DNA of 64,000 nucleotides from Deltaproteobacteria bacterium (GCA_021815305.1 JAKAHC010000004.1:1343-65342); one strand, 5' to 3'; numbered from the stretch's first letter, positions 36,181-46,389 are shown. Numbers and translations are program-made. Notes: a model not told the origin generated them from the letters alone.

Positions 36181-37035
36181 TCACCGCTCTCCCCACTTCA
36201 GCTTGGTGCGCAGGACGGTAAAGTAATCCCGGAAGGGGGAACGGAAAAACCGCAGCAGCGCATCGGCCTTCCTCACCTCGATCACGTCCCCCTCCCGCAT
36301 CCCGAACCCCACCTGGCCGTCGAGGGTGAGGAACACGTCCGTCTCCTTGGAGCACAGCTCGGCGCGCACGACCAGGCTGTCGGGCACCACCAGGGGGCGG
36401 AACGTCAGGGTGTGCGGGCAGATCGGCGTGATGAGGATGGAGTGGAGCGCGGGGTGGATGATCGGCCCCTGCGCCGCCAGGGAATAGCCGGTGGAGCCGG
36501 TGGGCGTCGAAATGATGAGCCCGTCCGCCTTGAAGGTGGAGACGTAGTTGTCGGAGACGGTGGCCTTGATATCGATGATCTTGGCGAGAGCTCCCTTGTT
36601 GATCACCACGTCGTTCAGGACCGTGTAGTTGGCCACCCTCTCTCCCAGCCGGTGGACGTGGGCGACAAGCATCATCCGCTCGTCGTAGTCGAAGTCGTGC
36701 CCGAAAATCTTCTCCAGGACGGGGTAGATCTCGTCGAGGGTGATCGCGGTCATGAAACCCAATGAGCCGAGGTTCACACCGAGGATCGGCTTGCCCGTCG
36801 TGCCCACCACGCGCGCCGCGGACAGCAGCGTCCCGTCTCCGCCGATCACGATCAGGAAGTCGCAATGGTCGGGCATCTTCGCGCGGACGACCGACTCCGG
36901 GCGGCCGACCAGAGCGGCGGTCTCCCGGTCGAGGATGACGCCCTTCCCCCGGCTGTCCAGCCATTTGCAAAGATCCGAAACGATGGATTCGGCCCGCGGG
37001 TCGGTGTGTTTGGCGATGATCCCGGCGCACTTCAT
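36181..37035 (-). CDS. nadK: NAD(+) kinase
   Basis: GGDGTLL, NLGSLGFM, and DGLIISTPTGSTGYSLAAQGP. Confidence 0.9.
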   Translation of the reverse strand: MKCAGIIAKHTDPRAESIVSDLCKWLDSRGKGVILDRETAALVGRPESVVRAKMPDHCDFLIVIGGDGTLLSAARVVGTTGKPILGVNLGSLGFMTAITLDEIYPVLEKIFGHDFDYDERMMLVAHVHRLGERVANYTVLNDVVINKGALAKIIDIKATVSDNYVSTFKADGLIISTPTGSTGYSLAAQGPIIHPALHSILITPICPHTLTFRPLVVPDSLVVRAELCSKETDVFLTLDGQVGFGMREGDVIEVRKADALLRFFRSPFRDYFTVLRTKLKWGER

Positions 37036-37129
37036 CGGGAATCAGGATAATATATCGTAACGAAAAGAAAAAGCAGCGAATTCATCCTTCCCCTATCGGA
37101 ACGGGCGCCTTCCTGTACAATGGAACCCG

Positions 37130-37513
37130 ATGGCCGCCAGACGCGATAAGAGATCCGGGACCGGGGAAACCTCCGTCCGCTTCATGCTTGTGGAACGTCC
37201 TTCGTCCGCCCGCCTGAAACTGCCGGACCACCTCTTCGACTCCGGGCGGCGGCGGGACCGGGGCCCCGCAACCCGGGGGTCGATCGGAAGTAACCTCTCG
37301 GGTTCCACCGCCGCCAACGCACCCTTGACGGTGGCGGCCCTCTGGATCTGCGCCGGGCTGGCCGTCACCGCCCTGGGTGTAGTTCGAGCGTGGTGGCTCG
37401 TCGCGGTCCTGGGGCTGCCTGTCGTCCTGTACGGCCTTGCGGGTTTCCGGAAGGCACGCCGGAGACGGAAGCTCCGCCGGTCCGGGGCGATCGCCCCCAG
37501 GGGGCACAGGTAA
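37130..37513 (+). CDS. Hypothetical small membrane protein (weak)
   Basis: Two C-terminal hydrophobic helices followed by the basic tail RKARRRRKLRR. The stop overlaps the rarA ATG. The N-terminal half has poor protein character. Confidence 0.3.
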   Translation: MAARRDKRSGTGETSVRFMLVERPSSARLKLPDHLFDSGRRRDRGPATRGSIGSNLSGSTAANAPLTVAALWICAGLAVTALGVVRAWWLVAVLGLPVVLYGLAGFRKARRRRKLRRSGAIAPRGHR

Positions 37514-38802
37514 TGCGCTCCCCCCTGGCCGACCGGGCGCGCCCGATCACCCTCTCCGGATTCGTCGGCCAGGAGGAGCTGCTGGGAAAGGGAAAGTTCC
37601 TCTCCTCGGTGCTCTCCGCGCGGCCTCTCCCCTCCCTCATCTTCTGGGGCCCGCCGGGATCGGGGAAGACGACCCTCGCCCGGATCCTCGCCGCGGAAAC
37701 CCGCGCGGTCTTCCTCCCCTACTCCGCCGTCCTCTCCGGGGTGAAGGAGATCCGGGAAGCGCTGGCGGAGCTGAAGCGGTCGCGCGCCTCCGGAGAGACG
37801 GGGGCGGGACGCCCCGCCATCCTGTTCATCGACGAGATCCACCGGTTCAACAAGGCGCAGCAGGACGCGCTGCTGCCGTTCGTGGAGGACGGCACCGTCA
37901 CGCTGTTCGGAACCACCACGGAAAACCCCTCCTTCGAGATCCGCAATGCGCTCCTGTCCCGCTCCCGCGTCCTGGTGCTTGCCCCCCTCTCCCCGGCGGA
38001 CATCGAGAAGATCCTGCGGCGGGCGTTGACCGACGCGGACCGGGGGTTGGGAAAGCCGGAGGCGTTCCTCGAACCGGACGCGCTGCGCCACATCGTGGGG
38101 ATCGCCGACGGCGACGCCCGCGTAGCGCTGAACGCCCTGGAGGCGGCGGTGGCCATCGCGGAGCACAAGGGGCTTCCCGCCGTCGACAGGGAAACCGCGG
38201 AGGAGGCGCTGCGCAGGAAGGCGCTCCTCTACGACAAGGACGGCGAGGAGCACTACAACCTCATCTCCGCCCTGCACAAGAGCCTGCGGGGGTCCGACCC
38301 GGACGCCGCCCTGTACTGGCTCGCCCGCATGCTCGCGGGGGGAGAGGACCCGCTGTACATCGCCCGTCGGATGATCCGGTTCGCCTCGGAGGACGTGGGG
38401 AACGCGGCGCCCGGAGCCCTGCAGATCGCCCTTGCGGCCGCGGAGGCGTACCGGACGCTGGGCAGCCCGGAAGGGGAGCTGGCGCTGGCCCAGGCGGCTC
38501 TCTACCTGGCCACGGCCCCGAAGAGCAACCGTGCGTACATCGCATGGACGAGGGCGAGGGCCGAGGTGGACGCGGGGGGAAGCCACCCGGTTCCGGCGCA
38601 CCTGCGCAACGCCCCCACGCGGTTGATGAAGGAACTGGGCTACGGGAAGGAGTACAGGTACCCGCACGACTTCGCCGACGCGTTCGTTCCGGAGAACTAC
38701 TTCCCCGAGACGCTCGGCCGCAGGAAGTATTACGACCCCTCCGAGGCGGGGCACGAGAAGGTGATCGGCGACCGTCTCAAGGCGTGGTGGGGCCGCAAGT
38801 AG
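37513..38802 (+). CDS. rarA: Replication-associated recombination protein A (AAA+ ATPase)
   Basis: Walker A GPPGSGKTT, Walker B ILFIDEIHRFNK, sensor LFGTTTENPSFE, and the C-terminal MgsA domain (ARMLAGGEDPLYIARR). Confidence 0.9.
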   Translation: MRSPLADRARPITLSGFVGQEELLGKGKFLSSVLSARPLPSLIFWGPPGSGKTTLARILAAETRAVFLPYSAVLSGVKEIREALAELKRSRASGETGAGRPAILFIDEIHRFNKAQQDALLPFVEDGTVTLFGTTTENPSFEIRNALLSRSRVLVLAPLSPADIEKILRRALTDADRGLGKPEAFLEPDALRHIVGIADGDARVALNALEAAVAIAEHKGLPAVDRETAEEALRRKALLYDKDGEEHYNLISALHKSLRGSDPDAALYWLARMLAGGEDPLYIARRMIRFASEDVGNAAPGALQIALAAAEAYRTLGSPEGELALAQAALYLATAPKSNRAYIAWTRARAEVDAGGSHPVPAHLRNAPTRLMKELGYGKEYRYPHDFADAFVPENYFPETLGRRKYYDPSEAGHEKVIGDRLKAWWGRK

Positions 38803-38809
38803 CCCCGCG

Positions 38810-39007
38810 TCACCCTTCCTCTTCCCAGTAGATGCACGCCACGGGGCACAGGTCGACGGCCCCCTGGATCTCCGATTCTTCCGCCCCGGCCGGGTCGTAC
38901 ACCTCGGCTTTGTTGTCCGCGTCGAACCGGAACACCGACGGCACCGTGTCGATGCACACGCCGCAGGAGATGCACTCCCCCTTGTTGACACGCGCTACGC
39001 GCGGCAT
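38810..39007 (-). CDS. Small 4Fe-4S ferredoxin
   Basis: CISCGVCIDTVP ... CPVACI cysteine pattern. Start chosen at MPRVARV (65 aa). Confidence 0.7.
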   Translation of the reverse strand: MPRVARVNKGECISCGVCIDTVPSVFRFDADNKAEVYDPAGAEESEIQGAVDLCPVACIYWEEEG

Positions 39008-39093
39008 CCTCTTTTTCCCTCCTTGGACGAAAGGGTTGCTGCGTTCCCCTGAGGACAATTATAAGCCCCGGCAAGCGCCGGGGGAGGACGCCG

Positions 39094-41109
39094 TCATCCT
39101 TTCATGGAGCCGGTCCGCTGGAACCGGAGGTGCCAGGCGAACGCCTCGTCCATCAGGTGCGGGGTGTGCTTTCCCGGGGAACCGCTCAACGCGCGCTCGT
39201 AATAGTCCTTGAGCATCGGCCGGTAGTCGGGGTGGACGCACTTCTCGAGGATCTGGACGGCGCGCTGTTTCGGCGAGGTCCCGCGGAGGTCGGCCAACCC
39301 CTGCTCCGTGACGACCACGTCCACGTCGTGCTCGCAATGATCCACGTGGGACACCATGGGGACGACGCAGGAAATGCCGGCGTTCCTGCCCGCCACCGAC
39401 GGCGTGGTGAAGATGGAGATGAAGGAGTTGCGCGCGAAATCCCCGGAGCCGCCGATGCCGTTGATGATGCGCGTCCCGTTGACGTGGGTGGAATTCACGT
39501 TCCCGTACAGGTCGAACTCGACGCACCCGTTCATGGCGATCACTCCCAGCCGCTTGATGACGCCCACGTGGTTGCTTACGGACTGCGGCCGCAGGAGGAT
39601 CTTGTCCTTGTAGAACCGGATGTTCTTCTTGAATCTTTCCACCGCGTCCGGGGAGACCGACAGGGCCGTGGCCGACGCGAAGTCGATCTTCCCCGCATCG
39701 ATCAGGGCGAGCATCCCGTCCTGGATGACCTCCGTGTAGGCGGTCAGGTGCTCGAACTCGGAGTCGAGCAGTCCGTAGAGCACCGCGTTGGCGACATTGC
39801 CCACGCCGGACTGCATCGGGAGGAGGTTCTTCGGAACCCGCCCCTTCGACACCTCGTGCCGCAGGAAGTCGAGGATGTGCTCCGAGATCGCCTTGCTGTC
39901 CCGGTCCGGCTCCTTGAAGACCGTCGTGCGGTCGGGGTGGTTCGTCTCGACGATCGCCTTGATCTTCTCCGCGGGGCAGGAGAGGTACGGGGTGCCGATC
40001 CGGTCGGAAGGTTTCAGGATCGGAATAGGCGAGACGTTGGGCGGCATCTCCGGCTCGTAGACGTCGTGCATCCCCTCGAGCTCCAGGGGATGGTAGTTGT
40101 TCACCTCGAGGATGACCTCGCGCGCCGCGTCGATGAACGCCTGGTTGTTCCCCACGGAGGTGGAGGGGATGAGCTTGCCGTCCCCGGTGATGCCCGCGAC
40201 CTCGACGATCGCCAGGTCGAGCTCGCCGAAGAAACCGCACTTCACGTACTGGGCGACGCTCCCCAGGTGGAAGTCGAAATACTCCATTTTCCCGTAATTG
40301 ATCTTCTCCCGCGCGATGGGGTCGGAGTTGTACGGCATCCGCAACTCGATGCCGTCGACCATCGCCAGCGCCCCGTCGAGCTCGCTGCTGGTGGAGGCGC
40401 CCGTCATGACGGAGATGCGGAATTTCCCCCCCTTGCTGTGCTCCCGGAGGATGTGCTCGGCGAGCGCCTGGGGGACGAGCTTGGGATACCCCGATCCCGT
40501 GAACCCGCTCATGCCGACCTTGTAGCCGTTCCGGATCCGCTCGGCGGCGTCGGTGGCGTAGGTGATCTTCTCCCGCAGCGACTTGTTCCTGACCCTGTGC
40601 CCTCGCATCGGCCCCTCGCTCCCTTTCGTGTTGCCGGCGGGGCGGTCCCCGAACCGTTTCCTCTCCCCGACGACGATGTTGACGGTCTCATCCGCGGCGG
40701 CCGAGATCCTCTCTTTCTCCCCCGGCGGCGCCTCCGCCTCCTCCCGCCGCTCCCCTTCCATCCGCAGCAGCACTCCCTCGAGTTCGCCGTCGGGCCGGTC
40801 GGACATCACGGCCCTCACCTTCCGGAGGGGAAAATAGCGCGCCTGGAGCGCCTTGATGGAGAGTGCCTGGAGGAAATGGCGGAACCCGTACAGGGCGCGC
40901 GTCCCTTCGTAGCGCACGGGACGGTCGACCAGCCCGGCGGAGACGTAGTAACGGATCGTCCGCTCCGTGGGGATCTCCGTGACCTTGTGGCGGGATTGTC
41001 GCCCGGCGACGGCGGGCGTCCACCGGGCGATCAGTCCGACCAGTTCCTCGATGGAAAGATCGGCCCGTTCCCGGAGAGCATCCATGGCCTGAAGAAGTTC
41101 GCTGCCCAT
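39094..41109 (-). CDS. MerR-type HTH domain fused in frame to an acetyl-CoA hydrolase/transferase family (Cat1 / 4-hydroxybutyrate CoA-transferase-like) enzyme
   Basis: N-terminal about 100 aa: LSIEELVGLIARW..ERTIRYYVSAGLVDRPV..YGFRHFLQALSIKALQ (MerR HTH pattern). A Glu-rich linker follows. The CoA-transferase starts near MRGHRVRNKSLREKITYATDAAERIRNGYKVGMSGFTGSGYP and runs about 505 aa. No stop codon lies between the two parts. Confidence 0.7.
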   Translation of the reverse strand: MGSELLQAMDALRERADLSIEELVGLIARWTPAVAGRQSRHKVTEIPTERTIRYYVSAGLVDRPVRYEGTRALYGFRHFLQALSIKALQARYFPLRKVRAVMSDRPDGELEGVLLRMEGERREEAEAPPGEKERISAAADETVNIVVGERKRFGDRPAGNTKGSEGPMRGHRVRNKSLREKITYATDAAERIRNGYKVGMSGFTGSGYPKLVPQALAEHILREHSKGGKFRISVMTGASTSSELDGALAMVDGIELRMPYNSDPIAREKINYGKMEYFDFHLGSVAQYVKCGFFGELDLAIVEVAGITGDGKLIPSTSVGNNQAFIDAAREVILEVNNYHPLELEGMHDVYEPEMPPNVSPIPILKPSDRIGTPYLSCPAEKIKAIVETNHPDRTTVFKEPDRDSKAISEHILDFLRHEVSKGRVPKNLLPMQSGVGNVANAVLYGLLDSEFEHLTAYTEVIQDGMLALIDAGKIDFASATALSVSPDAVERFKKNIRFYKDKILLRPQSVSNHVGVIKRLGVIAMNGCVEFDLYGNVNSTHVNGTRIINGIGGSGDFARNSFISIFTTPSVAGRNAGISCVVPMVSHVDHCEHDVDVVVTEQGLADLRGTSPKQRAVQILEKCVHPDYRPMLKDYYERALSGSPGKHTPHLMDEAFAWHLRFQRTGSMKG

Positions 41110-41123
41110 GGACACTCATTTTT

Positions 41124-41151
41124 ACTGTAAACACTATATAGTGTCAACAGT
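41124..41151 (-). promoter_or_regulatory. 28-bp AT-rich near-perfect palindrome overlapping a sigma70-like promoter (TTGACA - 17 nt - TAAAAA) just upstream of the MerR-domain gene
   Basis: ACTGTAAACACTATATAGTGTCAACAGT, with a perfect CACTATATAGTG core. The minus strand reads TTGACA-ctatatagtgtttacag-TAAAAA and ends 9 nt before the ATG. Confidence 0.5.
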
Positions 41152-41162
41152 ATTTTCCACGT

Positions 41163-41435
41163 TCACCCTTCGTCCCCTCTTGCCCATGCGACCTTCTTCT
41201 CCCTGGGCAGTTTCTTCAACGCGGCCTCCGCCCGGCATGCGGATCGGCGGCTGGGGTGGAGGGCGCATCGGAGGAGCTTCACGGGGGGGTTCGCCCTCGT
41301 GAATGCGGCCCCCTTGCCGGCGCGGTGCGCCCGGAACCGGGCCTCCGGGTCCCGCGCCGTCCCGGTGTAGATCTTCCCCCCCCGGCACGCGATCATGTAG
41401 ACCCACCAGGGGTCTTTCCCGTTCTCCGCGACCAT
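41163..41435 (-). CDS. GIY-YIG nuclease superfamily protein (YhbQ/UPF0213-like)
   Basis: WWVYMIACRGGKIYTGTARDPEARFRAHRAGKGAAFT matches the GIY-YIG core. Confidence 0.7.
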   Translation of the reverse strand: MVAENGKDPWWVYMIACRGGKIYTGTARDPEARFRAHRAGKGAAFTRANPPVKLLRCALHPSRRSACRAEAALKKLPREKKVAWARGDEG

Positions 41436-41594
41436 CGTCCCATCTTCGCACCCCCGATGCGGCGGGGCAACCCGGTATCCCCCACCCGGTATCCCCCCGC
41501 GACGTCTTCCCCCCGTTCTTGACGTTTCCTGCGGGCGGGACTATCTTTTTTTTGGATTCACCCCCCCCAACCCGCCTTCGGAAGGAGCAAACCG

Positions 41595-43217
41595 ATGCCG
41601 GAGTTCTCGTACCAAGACCCGTTCCCCCTGGGAAAGGACGACACGAAGTACCGCCTCCTCACGAAGGATTTCGTCTCCGTGGCAAAATTCGACGGGAAGG
41701 AGATCCTCAAGATCGACCCGGAGGGGCTTGCGTTCCTCTCCAACCAGGCGATGCGCGACGTCTCCTTCCTGCTGCGGCCCGCCCACAACGAGCAGGTGGC
41801 GGCGATCCTGTCCGACCCCGAGGCTTCCTCGAACGACAAGGGCGTGGCGGTGGCGTTCCTGCGCAACGCCGAGGTGTCCGCGAACTTCGTCCTCCCTTTC
41901 TGCCAGGACACGGGCACCGCGACGATCGTCGGGAAGAAGGGACAGCGGGTGTGGACCGGCGCGCGGGACGAGGAGTATCTCTCGAAAGGAGTGTTCAAGA
42001 CCTATACGGAGGAGAACCTCCGGTACTCGCAGACGATCCCCCTCGACATGTACGAGGAGGTCAACTCGGGCACCAACCTGCCGGCGCAGATCGATCTCTA
42101 CGCCGCCGAAGGCATGGAGTACCGGTTCCTCTTCGTCGCGAAGGGCGGGGGATCGGCGAACAAGATGTCCCTCTACCAGGAAACCAAGGCGCTCCTGAAC
42201 CCTGCGTCCCTCGAGAAGTTCCTCGTGGAGAAGATGAAGACGCTGGGAACCGCCGCCTGCCCCCCGTACCACCTGGCGTTCGTCGTCGGCGGGACATCCG
42301 CGGAATCCTGCCTGAAAACCGTGAAGCTCGCCTCCACCGGGTACCTCGACCACCTGCCCACGAAGGGGAACCCGGGGGGGCAGGCGTTCCGCGACCTCGA
42401 GTTGGAGGAGAAGCTGCTCCTCGCGGCGCGGAAATCCGGCTACGGCGCCCAGTTCGGCGGGAAACACTTCGTCCACGACGTGCGGGTCGTGCGCCTGCCG
42501 CGCCACGGCGCTTCCTGCCCGGTGGGAATGGGCGTCTCCTGCTCCGCGGACCGGAACGTGAAGGCGAAGATCGACAGGGACGGGATCTGGATCGAGGAGC
42601 TCGACCGCAACCCGGGGCGGCTCATCCCGGCGAGGTACCGCGGGAAGCACGAGCACGGCGTGGTGAAGATCGACCTGAACCGACCGATGAGAGAGATCCT
42701 CGCGGACCTTTCGAAATACCCGGTCACCACGCAGCTCTCCCTCACGGGGACGGTGATCGTGGGGCGGGACATCGCCCACGCGAGGCTGAAAGAACGGCTC
42801 GACCGCGGGGAGGGGTTGCCGCAATACATCAAGGACCATCCGGTCTGCTACGCGGGGCCTGCGAAAACTCCCAAGGGGATGGCGGCCGGTTCCTTCGGCC
42901 CCACCACCGCGGGGCGGATGGACTCCTACGTGGATCTGTTCCAGTCCCACGGCGGGTCGCTCGTCATGATCGCGAAGGGGAACCGCGGCAAGGCCGTGAC
43001 CGACGCGTGCAGGAAGCACGGCGGCTTCTACCTGGGTACGATCGGCGGACCCGCGGCCCTGCTGGCCCAGGAGAACCTCCGGAAGATCGAGGTGCTCGAA
43101 TACCCCGAGCTGGGGATGGAGGCGATCTGGAAGATCGAGGTCGTCGACTTCCCGGCGTTCATCCTGGTGGACGACAAGGGGAACGACTTCTTCCAGCAGA
43201 TCGCCTGCTCCGGCTGA
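41595..43217 (+). CDS. fumA: Class I (Fe-S dependent) fumarate hydratase
   Basis: 540 aa with family-typical N-terminus. Cys ligands are in CQDTGTA. GGAAGGAG RBS upstream. Confidence 0.85.
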   Translation: MPEFSYQDPFPLGKDDTKYRLLTKDFVSVAKFDGKEILKIDPEGLAFLSNQAMRDVSFLLRPAHNEQVAAILSDPEASSNDKGVAVAFLRNAEVSANFVLPFCQDTGTATIVGKKGQRVWTGARDEEYLSKGVFKTYTEENLRYSQTIPLDMYEEVNSGTNLPAQIDLYAAEGMEYRFLFVAKGGGSANKMSLYQETKALLNPASLEKFLVEKMKTLGTAACPPYHLAFVVGGTSAESCLKTVKLASTGYLDHLPTKGNPGGQAFRDLELEEKLLLAARKSGYGAQFGGKHFVHDVRVVRLPRHGASCPVGMGVSCSADRNVKAKIDRDGIWIEELDRNPGRLIPARYRGKHEHGVVKIDLNRPMREILADLSKYPVTTQLSLTGTVIVGRDIAHARLKERLDRGEGLPQYIKDHPVCYAGPAKTPKGMAAGSFGPTTAGRMDSYVDLFQSHGGSLVMIAKGNRGKAVTDACRKHGGFYLGTIGGPAALLAQENLRKIEVLEYPELGMEAIWKIEVVDFPAFILVDDKGNDFFQQIACSG

Positions 43218-43244
43218 CGCAGGGATCCGGCGCACCGAAACGAA

Positions 43245-43276
43245 AGGGCGGGGGAGCTTTCTCCCCCGCCCTTTCC
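43245..43276. terminator. Bidirectional intrinsic terminator between convergent genes
   Basis: AAAGGGCGGGGGAG-CTTT-CTCCCCCGCCCTTT: a 14-bp stem flanked by A and T runs. Confidence 0.6.
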
Positions 43277-43335
43277 GTTGGGTACCGCCTCCTGCCCGCT
43301 TCCTCCCCTCCTGCTCCGGTAATGCGGTCGGAGGG

Positions 43336-45030
43336 TTAAAACTGCGGCGGCAGCAGCAGCTTCACGATGGCGTCCTTCTCCGCGTCGGTGATCGCGTTGC
43401 CCGACTTGACGCCGCTGATTCGCCCCTGTGCCGCCTGCACCTCGGCAAGGAATGCCTCTTCGTTCGCGGCGCGCTCGGCCCCCGTCGGCCGGCCGCCTCC
43501 GTTCCAGATCTCGTTCCGCTTCATCTGGAGAATGTTCAGGTCTTCCTGCAGCGCAAGGTAGGCGTCGAAAACGCCCGACTGGGTGTTGAAGGTGTGCCTG
43601 CCGGGAGTCCATGTGTATCCGTGGCCCGCGCAGGACGACTGGTCCCAAAAGGCGGTGTTGTCGCACGTTCCCATCCACTGCCGCATCATCTGCGGGATTG
43701 CGGTGTTGTCCCGCGGCCCGTAGTCGAACGTGGTGCCGGCCAGCCAGCTCACAAGGACCACCTGCGGGACCGGCCAGTTCTTCGGGGTCCCGGTCTGGTC
43801 GTAATACAGCCCGAAATCAGGGGGAAGGACGAGCGACGGGTTCGCGGCGAGCAACTGCGATTTCATCGCGTCGATCGAGGTGTTGTCGGCAGCGATGTCC
43901 GTCTGGAACTGCTGCCACCCCGCGTTGTACGCATCGTTCATCGCCGCCTGGACATCGTTGTCGGTCAGGCCCGGATGGGCGGAGAGATAGCCCGCGCGGT
44001 CCATGAAATAGCCGGAGAACTGCTGGTCGACCTGGGCGGAGGTTCTCATCAGTCCCGACACCCCGTTCAGGTACTGCGTCACCTGGGCTCCCGTAGCGCT
44101 CAATCCGTTCAAAGCGTTCGTGTAGTCGGTCGAAATCCGGATGATCGAGATCCGCCGGTCGAAGGTGCTCATCGCCGTCTCGATGGAGGCCTGGAGGCCG
44201 GCCGACAGGGCGCCCATGTGGCCGCCCGCCTGCGCGCCGTCGCCCGCGGCGTTGTGCGCGGCCAGGATCTGTCCCGCGTCGATGCCCGCGCACGTCCCCG
44301 CGTCGAGGAAGACCTCGGCCATGAAACCGCCCGCCTTCTGCATCTCGGAGGAGGCGGCGGCGCTGTCGGCCGTCGCGACGGCGTTGAAGAAGTTGCGGGT
44401 GAAGTTCCGCAGCGTCTTGGCGTTGTTGTCGGGATTGTAGATGAGGCATTTCTTCAGGTCCGCAAGCTTGGCCGCCGAAACCCCTTTCGACAGGAGGTAG
44501 CTTTCGAAACCGAGCGTCGGGTTCGACAGCGCGTCCCTGCCCAGGTAGGCGATGTTGTCGATGTCGGCCGAGGTGACGTCGGGCGACCGCAGGATGATGA
44601 ACAGGTACGCGGCCACGATCGGGTCGTCGGAACCGCTGACGGCGGCGGCGCGGATCAGGGCCTGCGCCTGGGTCGTGGAAAGATAGTTCAATCCGGTGGC
44701 GTTGTTGTCGTCCGGGGGAGGGGCCGGCGCCATGCCCTGGCGGACGACGGCGCCGCCGGCGTCCCGGATCGTTATGAAGATGAAGTTCGCTTCATCCTTC
44801 GTCGGAACCCGGGTCAGCGTGAAGGAGAGCACCCCGGCGGCATCGGTCGTGCCGTTGACCGTCTCGAGGTCCTCGAGCGCGCCCGCGGAGGTCAGCTTGC
44901 TGATGGTGATGGTGTACGCAGCGCTGGCCGCAAGGGGGTCGGTGGAAGGCGTGCCGACGGCGAAGGCGTTTGCCGCCAGAAGGATGGCGAACAGAGCCGC
45001 CGTGAAACCAAGTGTTCCCTTGTTTCCCAT
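43336..45030 (-). CDS. Large secreted protein of unknown function (564 aa)
   Basis: Signal peptide MGNKGTLGFTAALFAILLAANAFAVG, GGGAGAAG RBS, and Ala/Gly/Asn/Thr-rich mature protein. No recognisable catalytic motif. Confidence 0.6.
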   Translation of the reverse strand: MGNKGTLGFTAALFAILLAANAFAVGTPSTDPLAASAAYTITISKLTSAGALEDLETVNGTTDAAGVLSFTLTRVPTKDEANFIFITIRDAGGAVVRQGMAPAPPPDDNNATGLNYLSTTQAQALIRAAAVSGSDDPIVAAYLFIILRSPDVTSADIDNIAYLGRDALSNPTLGFESYLLSKGVSAAKLADLKKCLIYNPDNNAKTLRNFTRNFFNAVATADSAAASSEMQKAGGFMAEVFLDAGTCAGIDAGQILAAHNAAGDGAQAGGHMGALSAGLQASIETAMSTFDRRISIIRISTDYTNALNGLSATGAQVTQYLNGVSGLMRTSAQVDQQFSGYFMDRAGYLSAHPGLTDNDVQAAMNDAYNAGWQQFQTDIAADNTSIDAMKSQLLAANPSLVLPPDFGLYYDQTGTPKNWPVPQVVLVSWLAGTTFDYGPRDNTAIPQMMRQWMGTCDNTAFWDQSSCAGHGYTWTPGRHTFNTQSGVFDAYLALQEDLNILQMKRNEIWNGGGRPTGAERAANEEAFLAEVQAAQGRISGVKSGNAITDAEKDAIVKLLLPPQF

Positions 45031-45109
45031 GGTTCTTCTCCCTGGGCCGGAGCCGCCTTCCGGCGTTCCGGCGATGGATTCGTGGTTCCTTGCAGGTTCC
45101 CGCCGTGGT

Positions 45110-45250
45110 TTACCGCGCGTTGCCATCGACCGTGCCCGTAGGCGCAGAGGGAGCAGGAGAAGCCGGAGTGGCGCCGCCGCCGCAACCCGAAAAACCCAAC
45201 ACCGCGACAAGGACCGCCATCGCCAACCAGGAAAGACTTTTTCGACGCAT
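45110..45250 (-). CDS. Small putative lipoprotein (46 aa)
   Basis: MRRKSLSWLAMAVLVAVLGFSGC has a lipobox L-G-F-S-G-C. It lies 80 nt upstream of the large secreted protein gene. Confidence 0.3.
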   Translation of the reverse strand: MRRKSLSWLAMAVLVAVLGFSGCGGGATPASPAPSAPTGTVDGNAR

Positions 45251-45414
45251 CTTCGCCTCCCGCAGGAAAAGGTGGATTCGGACCGCAGCCGTATTCATCG
45301 GAAATTGCCCGGGGAACTTTAATCCTTATCGATCGCCCCGGTCCCTACCGATCCCGTCGGGCTAAAGTATCCGCGGGTCCCCGCCGAAAGAAGAATGCGG
45401 ATATGTGCGCCCGA

Positions 45415-46062
45415 ATGAAGACATGTATCGCGCTCTCCGCGGCCGCCCATCTGGCGGTGCTGTTCGGGGCCGTGTCCGCTCACCGGATCGCGCATTCGAC
45501 CGCCTCCGCCGCCGCGACAGGGGATGTGATGCTGGTAAATCTCCGCGCCTTTCCCGAAGGCGACCGTCCTCCGCAATCCGCGGAAAACAGGCACGCAGCC
45601 GCGGCGGCGGAGAAAGGCGGGAACGGGAACCCGACAGGGGAGGCAGGCGGGATCGCCGCCACGGTGAAAGGAGCGGGAGACGCCTTGCCGGCGGGTTCCC
45701 CGAGGAGGGAATTCCAGGTCGGGGATTTCGCCAGAATGGCATTCATCCGGGAGATGACGGCGAAAACGATGATGTACCGCCGAAGCGCCCCGAAGGAGTT
45801 CGAAGGGATCCTGCGCTCGACCGTGCCGCCGGCCGCCCTGCGGGGTGACGGCGTCGCGACCGTCCTGATAGGGATTCGGCCTTCCGGGGCGCCTGGAAGC
45901 GTCGACATCCGTTCGGAATCCGCCGCGTTGAAATCGGCCCTCGGGGCCGTGCCCTGGGAAGCCGCCCCCCTTCCCGGCCGCTACCGGATTCCCTGTTCCG
46001 CCGTAAAGGTGAACGTATCGGTCACGGGCGAGCGCCTGGCGGTGGGCGTAGAGATCCTATAG
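45415..46062 (+). CDS. TonB-family energy-transducer-like protein (putative)
   Basis: N-terminal TM helix, a Gly/Ala/Pro-rich linker, and a C-terminal region compatible with the TonB C-terminal fold. Confidence 0.35.
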   Translation: MKTCIALSAAAHLAVLFGAVSAHRIAHSTASAAATGDVMLVNLRAFPEGDRPPQSAENRHAAAAAEKGGNGNPTGEAGGIAATVKGAGDALPAGSPRREFQVGDFARMAFIREMTAKTMMYRRSAPKEFEGILRSTVPPAALRGDGVATVLIGIRPSGAPGSVDIRSESAALKSALGAVPWEAAPLPGRYRIPCSAVKVNVSVTGERLAVGVEIL

Positions 46063-46389
46063 ACAATCCAGCGCGTTCACCTTGGCGGCCATCACGAAAT
46101 CGTTTTCGTGAAGTCCCCGGATGCTGTGGGTCCGGAAAACCACTTCGCAATATCCCCACCCTAAGGACAGGTCCGGGTGGTGCCCCTGCTCCTCCGCCAA
46201 CTCACCTACTTTCCGGGCGAATTCCATCGCCGTGGCGAAGTCGCGAAATTTCCACTTCCTCCGGATCCGCGTCCCGTCCACGTCCAGGGCCCACCCGGGC
46301 GTCTCCCGGAGGAGGCGCGTCGCCTCTTCCGCGGAGAGAGGATCGACGGAACCCCGGCAGGGGATGCACTTCCTGTCGGACAGCGCCAT
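46057..46389 (-). CDS. Pterin-4a-carbinolamine dehydratase
   Basis: EEQGHHPDLSLGWGYCEVVFRTHSIRGLHENDF matches the PCD/DCoH core. Confidence 0.75.
   Translation of the reverse strand: MALSDRKCIPCRGSVDPLSAEEATRLLRETPGWALDVDGTRIRRKWKFRDFATAMEFARKVGELAEEQGHHPDLSLGWGYCEVVFRTHSIRGLHENDFVMAAKVNALDCL

Noticed and set aside
39059-40240. 393-aa ORF in an alternative frame inside the CoA-transferase gene
   Set aside because: It has an Arg/Gly/Pro-rich translation, and the overlapping frame carries a clear acetyl-CoA hydrolase/transferase pattern.
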